From assembly GCA_963797555.1 (NCBI GenBank), contig CAWCPV010000005.1:192001-256000 (forward strand): a stretch of 64,000 bases of DNA. The letters run 5' to 3'. The notes under the pieces were generated by a model that did not search any database, was not told the DNA's origin, and was given only the letters and a program-made list of their open reading frames with translations. Below, piece by piece: positions 31,361 through 42,834 of this stretch (position 1 is its first letter; every line of letters starts with the position of its first letter). Source of the stretch: an uncultured Gammaproteobacteria bacterium (GTDB lineage: Bacteria; Pseudomonadota; Gammaproteobacteria; CAWCPV01). The position numbers and the translations under genes were made by a program.

Positions 31361-32365
31361 CTAACCCTCCTGAGCAACCCAATCCCGCGCGCGGGCCAGG
31401 TGTTCTGGAAGAAACGCCGATGAGGTACAAGGTGAGCGGCAGCGCCGAGATGACCGACACGTCATGGGTGCGAGCCCGCGGCGTTAGCCGACGCCTTGGT
31501 GCGAGCTCGTCTCTGAGCATGGTCCGGGAATCGTCGGTGACATGGGTGAGCGGCGCGAGCCGCATCCCGTTTGAGAGATCGAGGCCGTTCCTCAACGATA
31601 GTGGAGCAGGCCATGGCGATGCGCAAGCGAGAAGAGGAGGTTTTTCCCAACGCGGCGGCGGTGGAGGTAGGGGCATCGAGTCACTGGGTGGCAGTGCCTG
31701 CGCATCGCAGCGATGCCCCGGTGCGCGAAGTCGCTACGATGACCGATGACCTCAACGCCCTGGCCGACTGGCTACTCGCCTGCGGGGTCGATGGGGTGGC
31801 GCTGGAGTCCACTGGGGGGTACTGGGTCCCGGTGTACGAGGTGTTGGAGAGCCGCGGCTTGAAGGTGTGGCGGGTTGATGCGCGGCAGGTGAAGTACGTG
31901 CCGGGGCGCAAGAGCGACGTGCAGGACTGCCAGTGGCTGCAAAAGCTCGTGAGCCATGGGCTGCTGCGCGCAGCGTTGCGACCCGCGGCTCACCGAGCAG
32001 GCCAGTTGGGTGCAGCGCATGCAAAAGGCGCTAGTGCAGATGAACATCCAGCTCACCGAGGTCATCAGCGACGTGACGGGCCAGGCGATCATCGGCGACA
32101 TTGTGTCCGGCCAGCGCGATGCGCGGGTGCTGGCGCGGCACCGTCAGCCGGCGCATCCGGGCCAGCGAGCAAGACATCGCGCGAGCGCTGACGGGCAACT
32201 GGCGCGAGGAGCACCTGTTCGTGCTCAAGCAGGCGCTGGGGATGTATGAGGACATCGCGCAGCATCTTCGAGAGTGCGATCTCAAGCTGCAAGCGCTGCT
32301 CGCCGAGCCGTCAGCGTCGATTTGGGTAAAGCGCCGCGAGCCGGTAGCAGGGCGCGAGCGCAGTT
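31361..32365 (+). mobile_element. IS110-family remnant: ~250-nt 5' noncoding end plus degraded recombinase (ATG 31613)
   Basis: PNAAAVEVGASSHWVAV, ALESTGGYW, VPGRKSDVQDCQWL, MQKALVQMNIQL; frameshifted; C-terminal domain missing. Confidence 0.85.
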
Positions 32366-32368
32366 AGC

Positions 32369-33727
32369 ATGCACATCCACGTCCTCGGAGCTGGCGGCAC
32401 CTTCATGGCGGGTGTGGCCATCCTCGCCAAGGCCCTCGGCCACCAAGTCACGGGCTCCGATAGCCGGGTCTACCCGCCGATGAGTACACAGCTCGAGAGC
32501 CAAGGTATCGCGATCTGCGAGGGGTATGCGGCCGAGCATCTGCGCCCGCCGCCCGACCTAGTAGTGGTCGGCAACGCAATGAGCCGGGGAAATCCCGCTG
32601 TGGAGTACCTCCTGAACGAGGGTCTAGCCTACACCTCGGGTCCGCAGTGGCTGGCCGAGCATGTCCTGGAGGGGCGCTCCGTGCTCGCCGTCGCGGGGAC
32701 GCACGGCAAGACCACGTCCGCCAGCCTTCTCGCCTGGATCCTGGAACGCGCGGGGCTCGCCCCCGGGTTTCTCATCGGTGGCCTGCCCCGCAATTTCGGG
32801 GTCTCGGCGCGTCTGGGCAACGGGTCCTGCTTTGTGGTGGAGGCAGATGAGTACGACACCGCGTTCTTCGATAAGCGATCCAAGTTCGTCCACTACCGCC
32901 CGCGAATCCTTCTGCTGAACAATCTCGAGTACGATCACGCGGATATCTTTCCGGACTTGGAAGCCATCAAGACGCAGTTCCATCACCTCATCCGCACCGT
33001 CCCGAGTGCAGGCGTCATCCTGACGGGCCACGGCGAGAGGCACCTGGATGAAGTGCTTGCCCGCGGGTGCTGGACCCCGAGCGAACAGTTCGGGTCCGGG
33101 GGGCGTTGGACAGCGCGGTTGGAAAGCGCCGACGGGACTCGCTTCACAGTGCTGTGCGACGGCCAGGTGCTGGGGCAACTGACATGGGATCTCACAGGAC
33201 GACACAACGTAAACAATGCCATGGGTGCGATAGCGGCAGCTAGCCATGCCGGTGTGTCACACCACTTGGCGCTGGCTGCACTCGCAGAGTTCCGCGGCAT
33301 CCAGAGACGACTGGAGCAACGGGGTCGGGTGAGGGGGGTTACGATCTACGATGACTTCGCCCATCACCCCACCGCCATCGCGTCAACCCTCGCGGGACTC
33401 AGGGCACGGGTGGGACAGGCCCGCATCGTGGCCGTCCTGGAACCTCGTTCCAACACCATGCGCCTCGGGGTTCACCGGGATGCATTGGCGCCGGCGTTGA
33501 CGCTGGCGGACGAAGCAATCCTCTATCAGCCACCTTCGCTGGGGTGGGATGTAGCCGAGGTGGCTGGCGCTGTCGGCTCAAGGGCGAAGGTGTTTCGCGC
33601 CGTGCCAGACATCATCGAGTACCTGGCCGGGACCGCGCGACCGGGCGATCACGTGCTCGTCATGAGCAACGGTCCGTTCGAAGGTATCCACGAGCGGCTG
33701 TTGCAGGCGCTGCAAGGTGCTTCCTGA
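32369..33727 (+). CDS. mpl: Murein peptide ligase Mpl
   Basis: MHIHVLGAGGTFM, AGTHGKTT, EADEYDTAFFDKRSKF, DDFAHHPTAI, EPRSNTM. Confidence 0.96.
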   Translation: MHIHVLGAGGTFMAGVAILAKALGHQVTGSDSRVYPPMSTQLESQGIAICEGYAAEHLRPPPDLVVVGNAMSRGNPAVEYLLNEGLAYTSGPQWLAEHVLEGRSVLAVAGTHGKTTSASLLAWILERAGLAPGFLIGGLPRNFGVSARLGNGSCFVVEADEYDTAFFDKRSKFVHYRPRILLLNNLEYDHADIFPDLEAIKTQFHHLIRTVPSAGVILTGHGERHLDEVLARGCWTPSEQFGSGGRWTARLESADGTRFTVLCDGQVLGQLTWDLTGRHNVNNAMGAIAAASHAGVSHHLALAALAEFRGIQRRLEQRGRVRGVTIYDDFAHHPTAIASTLAGLRARVGQARIVAVLEPRSNTMRLGVHRDALAPALTLADEAILYQPPSLGWDVAEVAGAVGSRAKVFRAVPDIIEYLAGTARPGDHVLVMSNGPFEGIHERLLQALQGAS

Positions 33728-33742
33728 GCCCATCGTCCTGGC

Positions 33743-34440
33743 CCTGACAGGCACGCCTCCGGCGCCCACCCAGTGTGCCTGCCCGGCATGGGACGAGACT
33801 TGTGACCTGCGAGGAGGACAGCCCGGAAAGAGTGACGACAACCGTAGTGAAGCGCAAGGCGAAAGCCGCGAGGCCAACACGGCCCCGTCGAAGTCCCGCC
33901 GGCGGGAGGGATGTTGAGTGGCGTCGAGCATCGAGTCGGAGATCCGCGCCTGTTGGGCAAACGGTTGAGCAAGTTCGGCCTGCGTCTGGAGCCGAGCGAG
34001 ACCAAGCTCGTCGAGTTCGGTCATTATTGTATGCCCAGAAGTCCGCGGGCAAGTGCACGCGCAACCAGAAGGGCAACTTCTAGGGCGGGGCTGCGTGCCG
34101 AGAAATCTCGACTGCCGCGCAGTCTGAATCCACTTGGGCGACCTGATACGGCGCATGCGGCGCTTGCCGACGCGCGAGCAGGTCATCAACCTCAATCGGG
34201 TGCTGCGAGGCCACTTCGCCCACTCCAGTATCGCTGGTAACTTCCGGGCCTTGCAGCAAGTGCATCGGTTCGTCGAATGATACTGGCACAAGATGCTGTG
34301 TAGCCGCAGCCGTGACGGGCACATGACGTGAGAGGTTTTCCGCCCCTGTTGCGCCCTTACCGGGCGCTGCAGGCTATCGCTGTGCCGTAAATCTTTCACT
34401 CTTCGAAGAGCGTAGTGCAGGAAATCCGCTCGCTACGTAC
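33743..34440 (+). mobile_element. Internally deleted group II intron remnant (putative DI piece, RT C-terminus, DV)
   Basis: LGKRLSKFGLRLEPSETKLVEFG and LNRVLRGHF with stops; DV-like GAGCGTAGTGCAGGAAATCCGCTCGCTACGT at 34408-34438; DI assignment less certain. Confidence 0.75.
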
Positions 34441-34531
34441 CTCGACCCGCTCCGCGGAAGCACTTCCGCAAGCTTGTAGCAACGTCAACGGGGTGGATGC
34501 AGCTCCAGAGGCTGAACCCGCGCGTCTTGCT

Positions 34532-35425
34532 TCAAGCGCGGCTCGTGTAGTCCAAGAGGACGCCCGCGAAGATGGCTGCCCCCATCCAGTTATTGTTGAC
34601 GAAGGCCAGGAAGCAGCCGCGGGGAGAGCGCTGGCGTACTAGGTACTGCTCGTAAACGGCGAGCCCGGCAGCCGCTGTAAGACCCGTGAAGTAAAGCCAG
34701 CCTCGGTTCAGGCTAGCGCCGGCCACGGCCAGGACTGTTAGCATGGCCGCATGCGCGAGACCGACCACAAGGCGATCGTGACGCCCGAAGAGGATGGCGG
34801 CGGACTTGATGCCGATGCGTAGGTCATCGTTTCGATCCACCATCGCGTACAACGTGTCGTAAGCGACCGCCCACAGGACGGCGGCCCAGAATATTGCCCA
34901 CGCGACCGCCGGCACCCTTCCGGTCTGGGCGGCGAACGCCATCGGGACGGCCCAGCCGAAGGCCACGCCCAGATATACCTGCGGAAGATGGGTGTGGCGC
35001 TTCGTAAAAGGATATGTCACAGCCAGGAATAGGCCCGCCACCGACATCAAGACCGTCAGGAGGTTGGTGAGAAGTGCCAGGCCGAAGGCGGTGACGCTGA
35101 GCACCACGAACACAGCGACAGCCTCCTCGGGGTGGATGCGCCGGGCGGCCAACGGGCGATCCCTGGTACGGCGTACATGGGGGTCGAAGTTGCGGTCGGC
35201 GTAGTCATTGACGGCGCACCCCGCCGAGCGCATGAGGACCACACCCAGCACAAACACGGTGACGACCCGCGGGTAGGGGTGACCGTCGCCGGCAATCCAC
35301 AGCGCCCAGAGGGCGGGCCATAGCAACAGCAGGATCCCGATGGGACGATGTAACCGTACGAGCAGAGCATACTGACGCACCTTCTCGACCCAAGCAGGTC
35401 CGTCGGTGTCCCACCCCCACCTCAC
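34532..35425 (-). CDS. ubiA: 4-hydroxybenzoate polyprenyltransferase
   Basis: RLHRPIGILLL, MRSAGCAVNDYADRNFD..V.RT..RPL, YDTLYAMVDRNDD. Confidence 0.96.
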   Translation of the reverse strand: MRWGWDTDGPAWVEKVRQYALLVRLHRPIGILLLLWPALWALWIAGDGHPYPRVVTVFVLGVVLMRSAGCAVNDYADRNFDPHVRRTRDRPLAARRIHPEEAVAVFVVLSVTAFGLALLTNLLTVLMSVAGLFLAVTYPFTKRHTHLPQVYLGVAFGWAVPMAFAAQTGRVPAVAWAIFWAAVLWAVAYDTLYAMVDRNDDLRIGIKSAAILFGRHDRLVVGLAHAAMLTVLAVAGASLNRGWLYFTGLTAAAGLAVYEQYLVRQRSPRGCFLAFVNNNWMGAAIFAGVLLDYTSRA

Positions 35426-35991
35426 GGGGTCAGCTCCTCCAGCAATGCCGGAAGGAAGATTTCGCTAACCAAAAGGACGTGCCGTTCTACATAAAATACA
35501 GAGCGGCGTGCCCACACCGTTTGTGGCACGGATGGAATGAGACGGCTCGCGAGCCTGAACAGGGGCTGACCGCCGTTGAGGCAGGCAACGTGAACCGCGC
35601 CGCGCCGTAGGGTTGGGTCCGCGAATAGGACGGCACCGAGGGACCGCGTTCCCAGGCGCCCCAGGCGTTGATGACGGCCGGCAAGGGTTGCGCGCGGAAA
35701 CACGGTGCGGGCGAAGACCCACGGGGCTTCGCCGCAGCCTAGACTGACCTGACGCACCAGGGCAAGTTCTTGGTGGGAAAGACCGAGCTGCCTCGCTTCA
35801 TCCAATAGGGGCCGTTCCCAGGACTGCTGCAGTGGATGCACGCGGACCTGTCCAGCACACAGCTGGCGCAGCCGCCGAGTCAGGGACGACGGGTCTCTCA
35901 GCCAGCGGCGCACAGACTCCGGCGTCTCAAGCGCGCGAAGCCTCCCGTACGGGAGCCAGTGAGGTGTTCCACATCGGACCTGCCGCTTCAC
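35422..35991 (-). CDS. ubiC: Chorismate pyruvate-lyase
   Basis: WLRDPSSLTRRL, PWVFARTV, LGTRSLGAVLF, WARRSVF, LLVSEIFLP; start uncertain. Confidence 0.9.
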   Translation of the reverse strand: MKRQVRCGTPHWLPYGRLRALETPESVRRWLRDPSSLTRRLRQLCAGQVRVHPLQQSWERPLLDEARQLGLSHQELALVRQVSLGCGEAPWVFARTVFPRATLAGRHQRLGRLGTRSLGAVLFADPTLRRGAVHVACLNGGQPLFRLASRLIPSVPQTVWARRSVFYVERHVLLVSEIFLPALLEELTP

Positions 35992-36119
35992 CCTGCGCTG
36001 AAGCTGTGCCCTGGGCTTGTGGGCAACGGCGCGCGAAGCCGAGCTTGCCCCAAAGCCGCCGGAGGAGGCATAGATGGGCGTCAGATGCGTTTCAGGTTCC
36101 AATGCCATGCCAGCACTGA

Positions 36120-36260
36120 GAGCTCGTGAATAAATCTGCTGCGCGTCCCGATAGCGGCGTTGCGCGGTGCTCGCTCCTCGCCTATCTACTTGATATGTCT
36201 CGTCGCTGCGCTCCGTGCGCCTTGCTCTCGGGCCGCTCGCGACGATTTCTTCACAAGCTC
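36120..36260. repeat. Palindromic MITE-like element with TGA target duplication
   Basis: TGA-GAGCTCGTGAA...TTCACAAGCTC-TGA; 141 bp. Confidence 0.85.
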
Positions 36261-36545
36261 TGAGGACACGATACTCGGGTTGGACTTTCTCCGCCGGCGG
36301 GCCCGACACGCGCCGTCCTAAAACACTGCCGCACGGCTCCAAGGCGTAGCCGTTCCTGATAGTAGCTGCCGAAGTGGACCAACCGAACAGTTAGTCTACC
36401 GGTGTCGTCCTCCAGGCAGCGCACCGAGATCCGGCGGCCGGGCCCCCAAGCGCGCGAGGTGCTCGCTCAAGGGTGGTGAGAGGCATCCGCGAAAGAGTCT
36501 TGGGCTGGACGCCGACCGCGGAATTCCCGCAGGCACACCTTCGCG

Positions 36546-36938
36546 TCAGCGCCGCAACTCCAGGACGGCATCAATCTCGACGGCGGCGCCGCGCGGCAGC
36601 GCCGCAACGCCGACGACTGCACGTGCGGGGTACGGCTCCTTGAAGTAGCCGGTCATGACCTCATTGACCTTTGAAAAGTGGGCGAGATCGGTCAGAAATA
36701 CGGTCAGCTTAACCACATCGTCCAGGCTGCCACCTGCTGCCCGAGCGACTGCCTGCAAGTTGTCCAGGGCCCGAGCGATCTGCATCTCCGTGCTGCCATC
36801 CACCAGATCCATGGTGCTCGGGTCCAGCGGAATCTGCCCCGACACATACACCGCGCTTCCGACCTTGACAGCCTGCGAGTAAGTGCCAATGGCTTGCGGT
36901 GCGGATTCCGTGTGGATGGCTTCGCGCCGCACGCTCAA
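36546..36938 (-). CDS. ridA: RidA family protein
   Basis: APQAIGTYSQA, SGQIPLDP, PYPARA, LPRGAAVEIDA. Confidence 0.93.
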   Translation of the reverse strand: MSVRREAIHTESAPQAIGTYSQAVKVGSAVYVSGQIPLDPSTMDLVDGSTEMQIARALDNLQAVARAAGGSLDDVVKLTVFLTDLAHFSKVNEVMTGYFKEPYPARAVVGVAALPRGAAVEIDAVLELRR

Positions 36939-39131
36939 CCCTTCGTGCGATTGATGCGCATCACCAAGCGGTTGCTACGGATCCTGCGCATGATACGGGC
37001 CAAGTGCTGCCGGCCCTTCACCGCAACCGTGAAGTTGAGGGTAGTGTAGAGACCGTCCCGCTCGGTGATGCTGACGTTCTCGATGTTCGCCTCCATCTCG
37101 GCGATCGCCGCCGCGACGCTGGCCAGCACCCCCCTTTGGTTGGCCACTTCAACCCGCATCTCGACCGAGAAGTCACCGGCCACCGTGGGCTCCCACTGAA
37201 CGTTCAGGCTCTTGTCGGGCGCGTCCCGGAATTCCGCGACGTTCTTGCAGGACGCTGCGTGGATGACGATCCCACGCCCCGCGCTGACGAAGCCGACGAT
37301 GGTATCCCCGGGGATGGGACGGCAGCACTTTGCGAAAGCGACCACCATCCCCTCGGTCCCCTGAATGGCCAGCGGTCGAGCCAAGGAGGACTCGATCTTG
37401 CGGTCTCTGACCTCCGGCTCCGGGGCAAGCCGGCGCGCTACCAGCGGGGCTAGACGCCTTCCCAGCCCGATGTCTTCGTAGAGCGCCTCTGTCGCGGGGA
37501 CATTGAGTCTCTTGCAGCAGCCCGGTCATCCGCTCCTGGGGCACTTGTGCGAGCGATAGGGAGAGCACGCTCAGCTCCTTCTCCAAGAGACGTCTGCCGA
37601 GCGCGATCGCCTCGTCCTGCTGGAGGTTCTTCAGGTACTGACGGATATTGGCGCGCGCCTTGGCGGTGACCACGCAATTGAGCCAGGATGGTTTGGGCCG
37701 AGCACCCGGTGCCGTCAGAATCTCGACTTGCTGGCCGTTGTGGAGTGGGGTGTGCAGCGGCGCCCACCGCCGGTCGATCTTCGCGGCCACGCAGGCGTTC
37801 CCAATGTCGGTGTGCACCGCGTAGGCGAAATCCACTGCGGTGGCTCCTCGCGGCAGCACCTTGATCTCACCCTTGGGCGTAAAGACGTATACCTCCTCCG
37901 GAAACAGGTCTACCTTTACGTTTTCGAGGAATTCTAGAGAGTTACCCGCACTCTTCTGCATCTCCAACAACCCGCGCAGCCACTCCCGCGCTCGCTGCTG
38001 CGTGGTGTTGGGCGCATCGCCCGTCTTGTAGAGCCAGTGTGCAGCGATGCCGGCTTCCGCCACCTTGTCCATCTCTTCGGTGCGGATCTGCACCTCCAAA
38101 TGCACGCCGTAAGGTCCGATTAACACCGTGTGCAAGGATTGGTAACCGTTCGCCTTGGGGATCGCGATGTAATCCTTGAACCTGCCGGGGACAGGTTTGT
38201 AGAGATTGTGCACCGCGCCGAGCACGCGGTAGCAGGTATCGACCTTGTCGGTGACGATGCGAAAGGCATAGATGTCAAACACTTCTTCGAAGGACAGCGT
38301 CTTGCCACGCATCTTCTTGTAGATGCTGTAGAGGTGCTTCTCCCGTCCCGACACCCGTCCGTCGAGGACCTCTTGGCGGAGGCGCCGCTTGAGTGCGGTC
38401 TCGATCCTGTCCACTATTTCCCTGCGGTGCCCTCGGGCCCGCATGATGGCGGCGCGTAGCACGCGCGCCCGCGTCGGATGGAGAGCAGAGAACCCGAGAT
38501 TCTCCAACTCTAGGCGGATGGCATTCATGCCCAGACGGCTGGCAATAGGGGCATAGATCTCAAGGGTTTCCCGCGCGATTCGCCGGCACTTGCTGGCTGG
38601 CATGGCGCCCAAGGTGCGCATGTTGTGCAGGCGGTCTGCGAGCTTGATGATGATGACTCGGATGTCTCGCGCCATGGCCAGCAGCATCTTGCGAAAGTTC
38701 TCCGCCTGGGCCTCCGCGCGGTTCTCCGCGTTCAGCTGGGTGATCTTGCTGACCCCATCCACCAGTTCCGCCACTTCCTCACCGAACTTTCGGGCCAGCA
38801 CCTCCTTGGGCGTCCCCGTGTCTTCGATTACGTCATGCAGCACGGCCGCGACCAGCGTGTGATGGTCCATCCGCATGTCTGCGAGGATTCGCGTAACCGC
38901 GATAGGGTGGTAGATATAGGGCTCTCCGGTCAGCCGATGCTGGCCTTGGTGGGCCTCGGCGCTGAACAGATAGGCTCTGTACACCTCCTGGACCTTGTTA
39001 GGCGGGAGATATGTCTCCAGCAGAGCACACAGGTCACTGATCAGGAAAAGGCCTCGACTCGCCCGCGCCTCAGGGGCGAGGGTCGGGATCTGAGCTGCCG
39101 GCGCGGGAAGAGTGCTCACAGGGGTGGTCAA
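36935..39131 (-). CDS. spoT: (p)ppGpp synthetase/hydrolase SpoT, +1 frameshift near 37508
   Basis: LHDVIED, FKDYIAIPKANGYQSLHT, TGS, CCRPIPGD and ACT regions; deleting one A joins the two ORFs. Confidence 0.93.
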
Positions 39132-39165
39132 TCGGGCTACCGCCTCGCGTTAGGCGCGGAGCGCT

Positions 39166-39423
39166 TCAGGATCCCATCTCCGGAGGCAGGCCGAGGGCGG
39201 ACTGCGACTCCCTCACGACGCCATCCAAGTCATCCAGGATGGATGGCCCGACCTGCCCAGCCGCGACCTCACGCAGCGCCACGACAGTCGGCTTGTCGTT
39301 CTCCCAAGGGATCTGTGGCTGGGCACCCCTTTCCAGTTGCCGGGCGCGCTTCGCCGCCACCAGCACGAGTTGAAACCGGTTATCGAGGTGCTCCAGGCAA
39401 TCTTCGACGGTGATGCGAGCCAT
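39166..39423 (-). CDS. rpoZ: RNA polymerase omega subunit
   Basis: [36 protein letters not shown]. Confidence 0.97.
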   Translation of the reverse strand: MARITVEDCLEHLDNRFQLVLVAAKRARQLERGAQPQIPWENDKPTVVALREVAAGQVGPSILDDLDGVVRESQSALGLPPEMGS

Positions 39424-39486
39424 CCTTAATCAGTCTCCGTGCAAGGCGTTTCGGTTAATCGGTCAAGTGTACTCATAGCGACGATC

Positions 39487-40095
39487 TCATACCAGCAGCG
39501 TATGGAGCAAGGGCCCCAGCGCCTCGATCTGCGTCTCGGTGCGAAGGCGTCGCGCCCGCAGGATCGCCTGCAGGTCGGTCAATGCCTCGTCGAACGCCGC
39601 GTTGACCACGAGATAATCGTATTCGTCGTGATGACACATCTCTTGCTTGGCTCCGTCGAGACGCCGCTGGATAACCTCCGGGCTGTCTTGGCCTCGATGG
39701 ACCAGCCGCTCCTTGAGTGCTTCGATCGACGGCGGCAGTATGAAGACGCTGACCGCGTCGGGCCAGCGCGCACGCACCTGACGGGCGCCCTGCCAATCGA
39801 TCTCCAACAGAACGTCACTGCGCCTGAGGCTTTCCTCAACCATCTGCCTGGATGTCCCGTAGTAGTGGTCGAACACTCGTGCGTGCTCGAGGAATTGCCC
39901 CTCGCGTAGCATTGTCTCGAACCGCGCTCGCTCGACGAACTGATAGGCGACGCCCTCGCGCTCCCCCGGACGCGGCGCGCGGGTAGTGAACGACACAGAC
40001 ACTCGGAGGTTGCGCGTACTGCAGACGAGCGCCCTGACAAGGCTCGACTTGCCCGCGCCGGACGGCGCAGAGAAGATATAGAGGGTACCGAGCAT
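39487..40095 (-). CDS. gmk: Guanylate kinase
   Basis: [31 protein letters not shown]. Confidence 0.97.
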   Translation of the reverse strand: MLGTLYIFSAPSGAGKSSLVRALVCSTRNLRVSVSFTTRAPRPGEREGVAYQFVERARFETMLREGQFLEHARVFDHYYGTSRQMVEESLRRSDVLLEIDWQGARQVRARWPDAVSVFILPPSIEALKERLVHRGQDSPEVIQRRLDGAKQEMCHHDEYDYLVVNAAFDEALTDLQAILRARRLRTETQIEALGPLLHTLLV

Positions 40096-40117
40096 CGTGC
40101 CTCGGACGCTGATGCCG

Positions 40118-40984
40118 TTACTCGATGTTCTGCACCTGCTCCCGGCTCTGGTCCACGAGAACCTTTAGCTCGAGGGCCGCGCGGACGGTGTCCAGGTCGG
40201 CGGCCTTGACGCCCAGCGTATTGGCCTCGCGGTGCAACTCCTGCATCAAGAAATCTAGACGCCGCCCGACTGCGCCGACGCTCTCCATGACGTTGCGTGC
40301 TTCCTGCGCATGAGCGTCCAATCGGTCCAGCTCCTCAGCGATGTCCGCCTTCGTTAGCAGCACTCCGATCTCTTGCTGCAACCGCTCCTCGTCCACCTCC
40401 ACTCTGAGATCCGCCAATCTGCGCACGAGCTTGTCGCGCACGCTCGCGAGGGCTGCGGGCAAATGCGTGCGGACCTTGGCGACCCAGGACTGCATCCCAT
40501 CCAGGCGCTGCTGGACGAATGCCCGCAGCCGGGCCCCTTCGCGCTCGCGACATGCCACAAGCTCCTGCAGTGTGCTCTCCAACAGGGCGAGCGCGCGATC
40601 ACGCAGGGGCTCAATTGACGGATCGCCGGCCGCGATGATGCCCGGCCATCGAAGAATATCCATTGCGTTGACCGGGGCCGGGTTGTAGAGGAGACTGTCG
40701 ATCTGCCGGGTCGCTTGCGACAGTCGCCGGACAAGGTCCTCGTTGAGGACGATTTCCTGTGCCATGGTGAACGCAGGTTGGAAGCGCAGGCGGCATTCGA
40801 CCTTTCCGCGCTGGATGTGACGAGCCGTCCGGTCCCTCACCCCCGCCTCGATCTCCCGTAGCTCCTCCGGCAGCCGAACGCTCACCTCGAGATAGCGATG
40901 GTTTACGGATCGGATCTCGCAGGAGAGGGTACCCCACTCGGTGGCGTCCTCGCGGCAAGCGAAGGCGGTCATGCTGCGGATCAT
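40118..40984 (-). CDS. yicC: YicC/YloC family endoribonuclease
   Basis: [41 protein letters not shown]. Confidence 0.95.
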   Translation of the reverse strand: MIRSMTAFACREDATEWGTLSCEIRSVNHRYLEVSVRLPEELREIEAGVRDRTARHIQRGKVECRLRFQPAFTMAQEIVLNEDLVRRLSQATRQIDSLLYNPAPVNAMDILRWPGIIAAGDPSIEPLRDRALALLESTLQELVACREREGARLRAFVQQRLDGMQSWVAKVRTHLPAALASVRDKLVRRLADLRVEVDEERLQQEIGVLLTKADIAEELDRLDAHAQEARNVMESVGAVGRRLDFLMQELHREANTLGVKAADLDTVRAALELKVLVDQSREQVQNIE

Positions 40985-41085
40985 CTTGGCTGCTCCGGCG
41001 TAGGACTTCCTGACGCCATGGTAACCGTTCTTGGGGCCAGTCGAACAGGTTATAATGTCCGCGTTCGATCCCGACAGGAGCAGCC

Positions 41086-41803
41086 ATGCGCCCCAGCGGC
41101 AGAAGCGCTGATGAGTTGCGGCGCGTGTCGATCACCCGCCGCTATACCAAGCACGCCGAGGGCTCTGTGCTGGTCGAGTTCTCCGATGCCAAGGTGATCT
41201 GCACCGCTTCGGTGGACGAAAAGGTGCCACGGTTTCTCAAAAACAGCGGAAAGGGTTGGATTACGGCTGAGTATGGCATGCTTCCCCGTGCGACCTCAGA
41301 GCGGAAAGCCCGCGAAGCGGTGCAAGGTAGACAGGGTGGTCGTACCATGGAGATTCAGCGACTGATCGGCCGCTCCTTGAGGGCCGCGGTGGACCTCAAG
41401 ACGCTAGGGGAACGGACCATCACCGTAGACTGCAACGTCATCCAGGCGGATGGCGGCACCCGCACCGCCTCGATTACCGGCGGTTTCGTGGCCATGGTGG
41501 ATGCGATTCGGCCGCTCCGTGCTCAGGGCCTGCTGACTACGGACCCGATCACTGCCTACGTCGCGTCCGTATCGGTCGGTATCTATTCAGGGTAATCCGG
41601 TGCTGGATCTCGACTACGCGGAGGACGTTGATGCCGAGACCGATATGAACGTGGTCATGGATGAACGGCAGCGTTTCATCGAGCTGCAGGGGACGGCCGA
41701 GGCGCAGTCCTTCAGCATGGACGAACTGCTGGGGATGCTGGCGCTCGCTAGAAGGGGAATTAACCAGCTCATTGAGCTGCAGAAGGCAGCCTTGACCCAG
41801 TGA
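41086..41803 (+). CDS. rph: Ribonuclease PH, +1 frameshift near 41587
   Basis: [29 protein letters not shown]; continues [17 protein letters not shown] in the next frame. Confidence 0.93.
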
Positions 41804-42399
41804 CGCCTGTGGTGCTGGCCAGCAACAACGCTGGCAAGCTGCGCGAGTTTGCCGAGCTGTTGTCCGGCGCGAAGTTCGAGGTCTTACCCCAGTCCCGGTT
41901 CGGCATCGCGGAGGCGGAGGAGACCGGCGCCACTTTCGCGGAGAATGCGGTTTTGAAGGCGCGTCACGCATCATCTGTGGCGAGTCTTCCAGCCATCGCG
42001 GATGATTCGGGCTTAGAAGTGGATGCCCTCCACGGGGCCCCTGGAGTATATTCCGCCCGGTATGCCGGGGCTGCGGCCTCCGATCGGAACAACATTCAAC
42101 GGCTGCTGCAGGAGTTGCGCGACGTCCCGGAAGGCAAGCGCAGTGCCCGATTCCGATGCGTCATCTGTTATCTGGAGCACGGGCAGGACCCGAGCCCGGT
42201 GATCTGCCGAGGCACATGGGAAGGACGCATCCTGATGGCGCCCCGCGGGCGGTGTGGCTTCGGCTATGACCCGATTTTTCTGGTGCCGGCGTACGGATGC
42301 TCCGCCGCAGAGCTTTCCCCGCAAGTCAAGAACCGCATCAGCCATCGCGCTCAGGCGCTGCGCACGCTCCTCGCGACCCTGCGCCATGCGGAAGCCTGA
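41800..42399 (+). CDS. rdgB: dITP/XTP pyrophosphatase
   Basis: [38 protein letters not shown]. Confidence 0.96.
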   Translation: MTPVVLASNNAGKLREFAELLSGAKFEVLPQSRFGIAEAEETGATFAENAVLKARHASSVASLPAIADDSGLEVDALHGAPGVYSARYAGAAASDRNNIQRLLQELRDVPEGKRSARFRCVICYLEHGQDPSPVICRGTWEGRILMAPRGRCGFGYDPIFLVPAYGCSAAELSPQVKNRISHRAQALRTLLATLRHAEA

Positions 42400-42834
42400 C
42401 GAACCCGAAGAAGGCCGCAAAGACGCTGCTGGTGAGGACCGAGCCGAGCAGCATGGCCGGCAGACCTTGCGTAGGCAGAGGCGGGCGTGATGCAGGCCGA
42501 CGGGATGCGGGTGCTGCAGGTGCGCTCTCTGCGCTAGAAAAGCCTCTCAAGCCCGGCAATGGGCTGCCGAGCTTTCCCAGCGTCGGGATCACGGCCGCCC
42601 CTGCGGGCGAGCACGCTCTGCCATGCATAGGCACGGCCCGGGGTGATCTCCGAGGCCATACGGGTGGGCGCCCGGACGATCGCCACCTCGACCCGCAGGC
42701 GCGCCCCGCGCCCCTGCTCGTTCACGAGGGGGGTTGGGGCGCCGCGCGGCTGATGCGCTCGGAACACGTCGCCTACCCTCCTACCGGCGTACGCTACAGC
42801 GGCGGGACGACGACGCTGCTCAGCTTCGTGGCTG

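Noticed and set aside
30958-31749. 263-aa ORF suggesting a maturase-IS110 fusion
   Set aside because: Runs through the IS110 noncoding end and is out of frame with the recombinase.
41428-41460. RNase PH motif reads [10 protein letters not shown] rather than DCDV
   Set aside because: Single substitution in an error-prone sequence; cannot be interpreted.
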